Below, piece after piece: positions 61,438 to 64,000 of a stretch of 64,000 nucleotides of DNA. A program made the position numbers and the translations under genes. Origin of the DNA: Anthoceros angustus. Taxonomy: Eukaryota; Plantae; Anthocerotophyta. The number at the start of each line of letters is the position of its first letter. The first letter of the stretch is position 1. The notes under the pieces were generated by a model. The model was given only the letters and a program-made list of their open reading frames with translations, searched no databases and was not told where the DNA came from. Location: positions 248,001-312,000 of the forward strand of contig MU008188.1 of NCBI GenBank assembly GCA_010909165.1, in the 5' to 3' direction.

Positions 61438-64000
61438 CTAAGCGTCCTTGGCTGGGAACACCAATGCCTCTATCTCTTCCAGGGACTTGCCTTTGGTTTC
61501 AACGATGAAGGCGTTAGTGAAAGCGATGGACACGAGGGACACTGCCCCGAAGCTCGCATACACCCAATCCAGGCCGAATTTCGCCACCAGCTCCAGGAAG
61601 AAGAGTCCGATGCCGAAGTTACACATCTGGAAGTTTGACAGGAATCCTTGTGTCAATCAACCTTGGGGGCAGGGCAGGGCAGGGCAGAAGCCCGGAACCA
61701 CGTTCATACAACAATAACACTGCCAAGCGCGTCATCAAATTCAGGATGCTCTCACCCAGTGCACGCACAGGCTGACTGCCAGCACCTTGGCACGGCTTTT
61801 TGTGTCGCACAGCTCTGGGATGATGAGTGCCGTCACCGGGCCTGCTCCCAAAGCGAAAGTGAACACATATCTGCAGTCCAACACAACAAAACACATAACA
61901 AGACAAAAACAAGGCTTGAATCCTTCAAGCTCACACTAACAGAAGCCGCTCATCAAGCGTCACCAAGCGTGTACCCCGCCTTACGCTTACGTGAGTGTGC
62001 CCAAAATGGATAGAGCGTGGCCGTACTGGTCACCTACAGGAGCCTCAATCGCCAACACCAAAACGCCGATGGATACTGCCTGGAAAAAGACGCTCCATGT
62101 ACGTAAATACACCCTAGTGTCTCGTCAGCATGACCTACCAAATCGAGGTGCAATCCACAAACACCTCCAGCAACCACACAAACACAAACTGCGGCATTGT
62201 CCACATGCCCACCATGCCCAAGTAGCTACTTCGAAGCAGATTCCGTCTCCCCTGTGTGTCCATCAAAGACAGTGCAATCATCGCTCCTGCCAAGCCAAAC
62301 TACTGAGAATTTGAAATCAATTCCTGCCTTCCTACCTGCCTCTTACTTTATACTCTGCTCCAAGCTACTGCGGATGTAACAAGCACAGACCTGCAAGATT
62401 CGCCACACCCACGGCTGCACTTGCAACCATTCCATTGGGAATGCCAGCATTTCGAAATGTGAGGGAGGAAAAGTATAAAATGCCGTTGATGCCTGCAAAT
62501 TGCTGGAGAGCAAACAGAGAACCTCCAATCGCCACGACTGCAACCGCAGTAATTCAAGCCATGACTTCAATAGAATGATACGCTCATGTCATACCGACAA
62601 ACGAATTTCAACATTCCGCTTTCACACCCACACCTATTGGTCTGCACTGGTCTAACAGTACATTCAAGGGAACACAAACAGCAGCTGCCCTCCTTTGTCC
62701 AGAATGTCATACGCTTTAAGTATCTTCCCGACAGTAGTTCTGACCACGAGGCTTCGTCTTGTGCTCCTTCCTGCCCATCCGTTAAGTCTACCATCGCTGC
62801 CTCTACCTGGGACGTACCCCAAAGCCTCTCAACTACCCTTCTTGCATCATCCAATCTGCCAACCTGCACAGAGCATTGCCAGTAACCACTTGATACCCCA
62901 CAACAGAGGAACCACGTGCCAAGCAATATTGCTCCACTCAACCTTTTTTGACATGACAACATCCAACCAATTTCGTACTCACTTTCACAAGCCAACGAGG
63001 ACTCTCTGCAGCATATTGCATCCCAGCAATGAGCAAGAAACTTGGGAGCGTTCCTATCCAAAACATTGTCCTCCACCTGATTGAATGCAAATAAACAGCG
63101 TCTCAGTGTGCTTGGTACTTGACTGGAAGTAACGAACTTGACCTGGCTGTCTGGAACAAGAAAAGGCTTCGTTACCAATGAGGATCTGTTTCTGCAGGAA
63201 TGCCTATCAGTAAAGCAGATATGATCCCGACACAGGTGCCAACCTGACACAAGCTCCCAAGGGCTCCTCTGTATTTCGTCGGTGCAACCTGCAAATCATG
63301 CCACCAATTTCAGAAAACCTCTAGATCTGCAGCAGCTGATTCAGAACCCGGAGCATGTCCAATTCCAAAGTACCAGGTCAGACACTACGTACCTCAGAAA
63401 TGTAGAGCGGAACTAGGCCCGTGTTCACGCCGATGCCTAATCCCACCAGGAACCGACCAAGCAACATCCCATCGATAGACTGAGCCCCAGCACTGCCACA
63501 CAAAACAATCGTCAGACACAGCATTTCCGAAGGAAATGATGATGAGGTACTGTTCCAATGTCAAGATGCCAACCTGATGGAAGCGCCTAGAATGAGCGGA
63601 ACAGCATCTAATTGGAAGGTTCTTCGACGACCGATTCGGTCGGTGAGAATGCCACCTACAATGCTGCCCGCAAATGCGCCTACCACCAACACGCTTACAA
63701 CCAGGCCCTGCAGGATGTTGTCCTCACCAAACTGCAACTCCTTTGCGATAGAATCCAATGGCCCATTGAGAATTCTGCACTAACAGCAACAACCGCAGGT
63801 GAGGCAAACCAGCAATAACCAGCCAAAAGACACACCGGTGCACAATACTTTGAGCGATGTGCTCATCTTGGCGTGGCAGGATTCACGCACCCGATGTGGT
63901 ACCCGAACATGAAATTGGCCGTAGCTGCGGTGAGCACGTGAGGAAGGGCCGGTAACCAGGCCGGCGAGGTGACGAGCAGGTCCTGTTCCGGCTTGCTGGT
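61438..64000 (-). CDS. MFS sugar porter, plastidic glucose transporter-like (At1g05030 type); 5' end lies outside the window
   Basis: LPHVLTAATANFMFGYHIG; LTDRIGRRRTFQLD; GRFLVGLGIGVNT; YISEV; QQFAGINGI; ETKGKSLEEIE; TAG 61438-61440. Confidence 0.92.

Overview
Eukaryotic nuclear DNA from a very gene-dense, short-intron (about 80-110 nt) non-seed land plant. A hornwort (Anthoceros-like) fits best, inferred from compactness, PLS-class PPR genes and a WW-type PG box; a fern or lycophyte is not excluded. About 16 protein-coding genes are packed mostly in alternating head-to-head and tail-to-tail pairs: ITPase, pyridoxal kinase, two intronless PLS-E+ PPR genes (plus two PPR relics), an NDUFAF7/MidA-like methyltransferase, a MYST acetyltransferase, MSH3, WDR74/NSA1, CLASP, a class IIIB acid phosphatase, ataxin-3, an uncharacterised Ala-Glu-repeat protein, organellar Asn-tRNA ligase, carB, a SASA/SGNH esterase and a 5'-truncated plastid glucose transporter. 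A ~12 kb nested transposon island (43.8-55.7 kb) interrupts this. It holds a chromovirus-like Ty3/gypsy element whose LTRs end AG...CT instead of TG...CA, an Athila-like gypsy remnant, two copia remnants (one with a tandemly amplified dead gag start), and a 593-bp Mutator-like TIR element with a perfect 9-bp TSD. I saw no rRNA, tRNA or CRISPR array. Exon structures were inferred by eye from GT/GC-AG boundaries and recalled homologue sequences; CDS coordinates are start-to-stop spans including introns. The transposon island shows many small indels that may partly be consensus errors.
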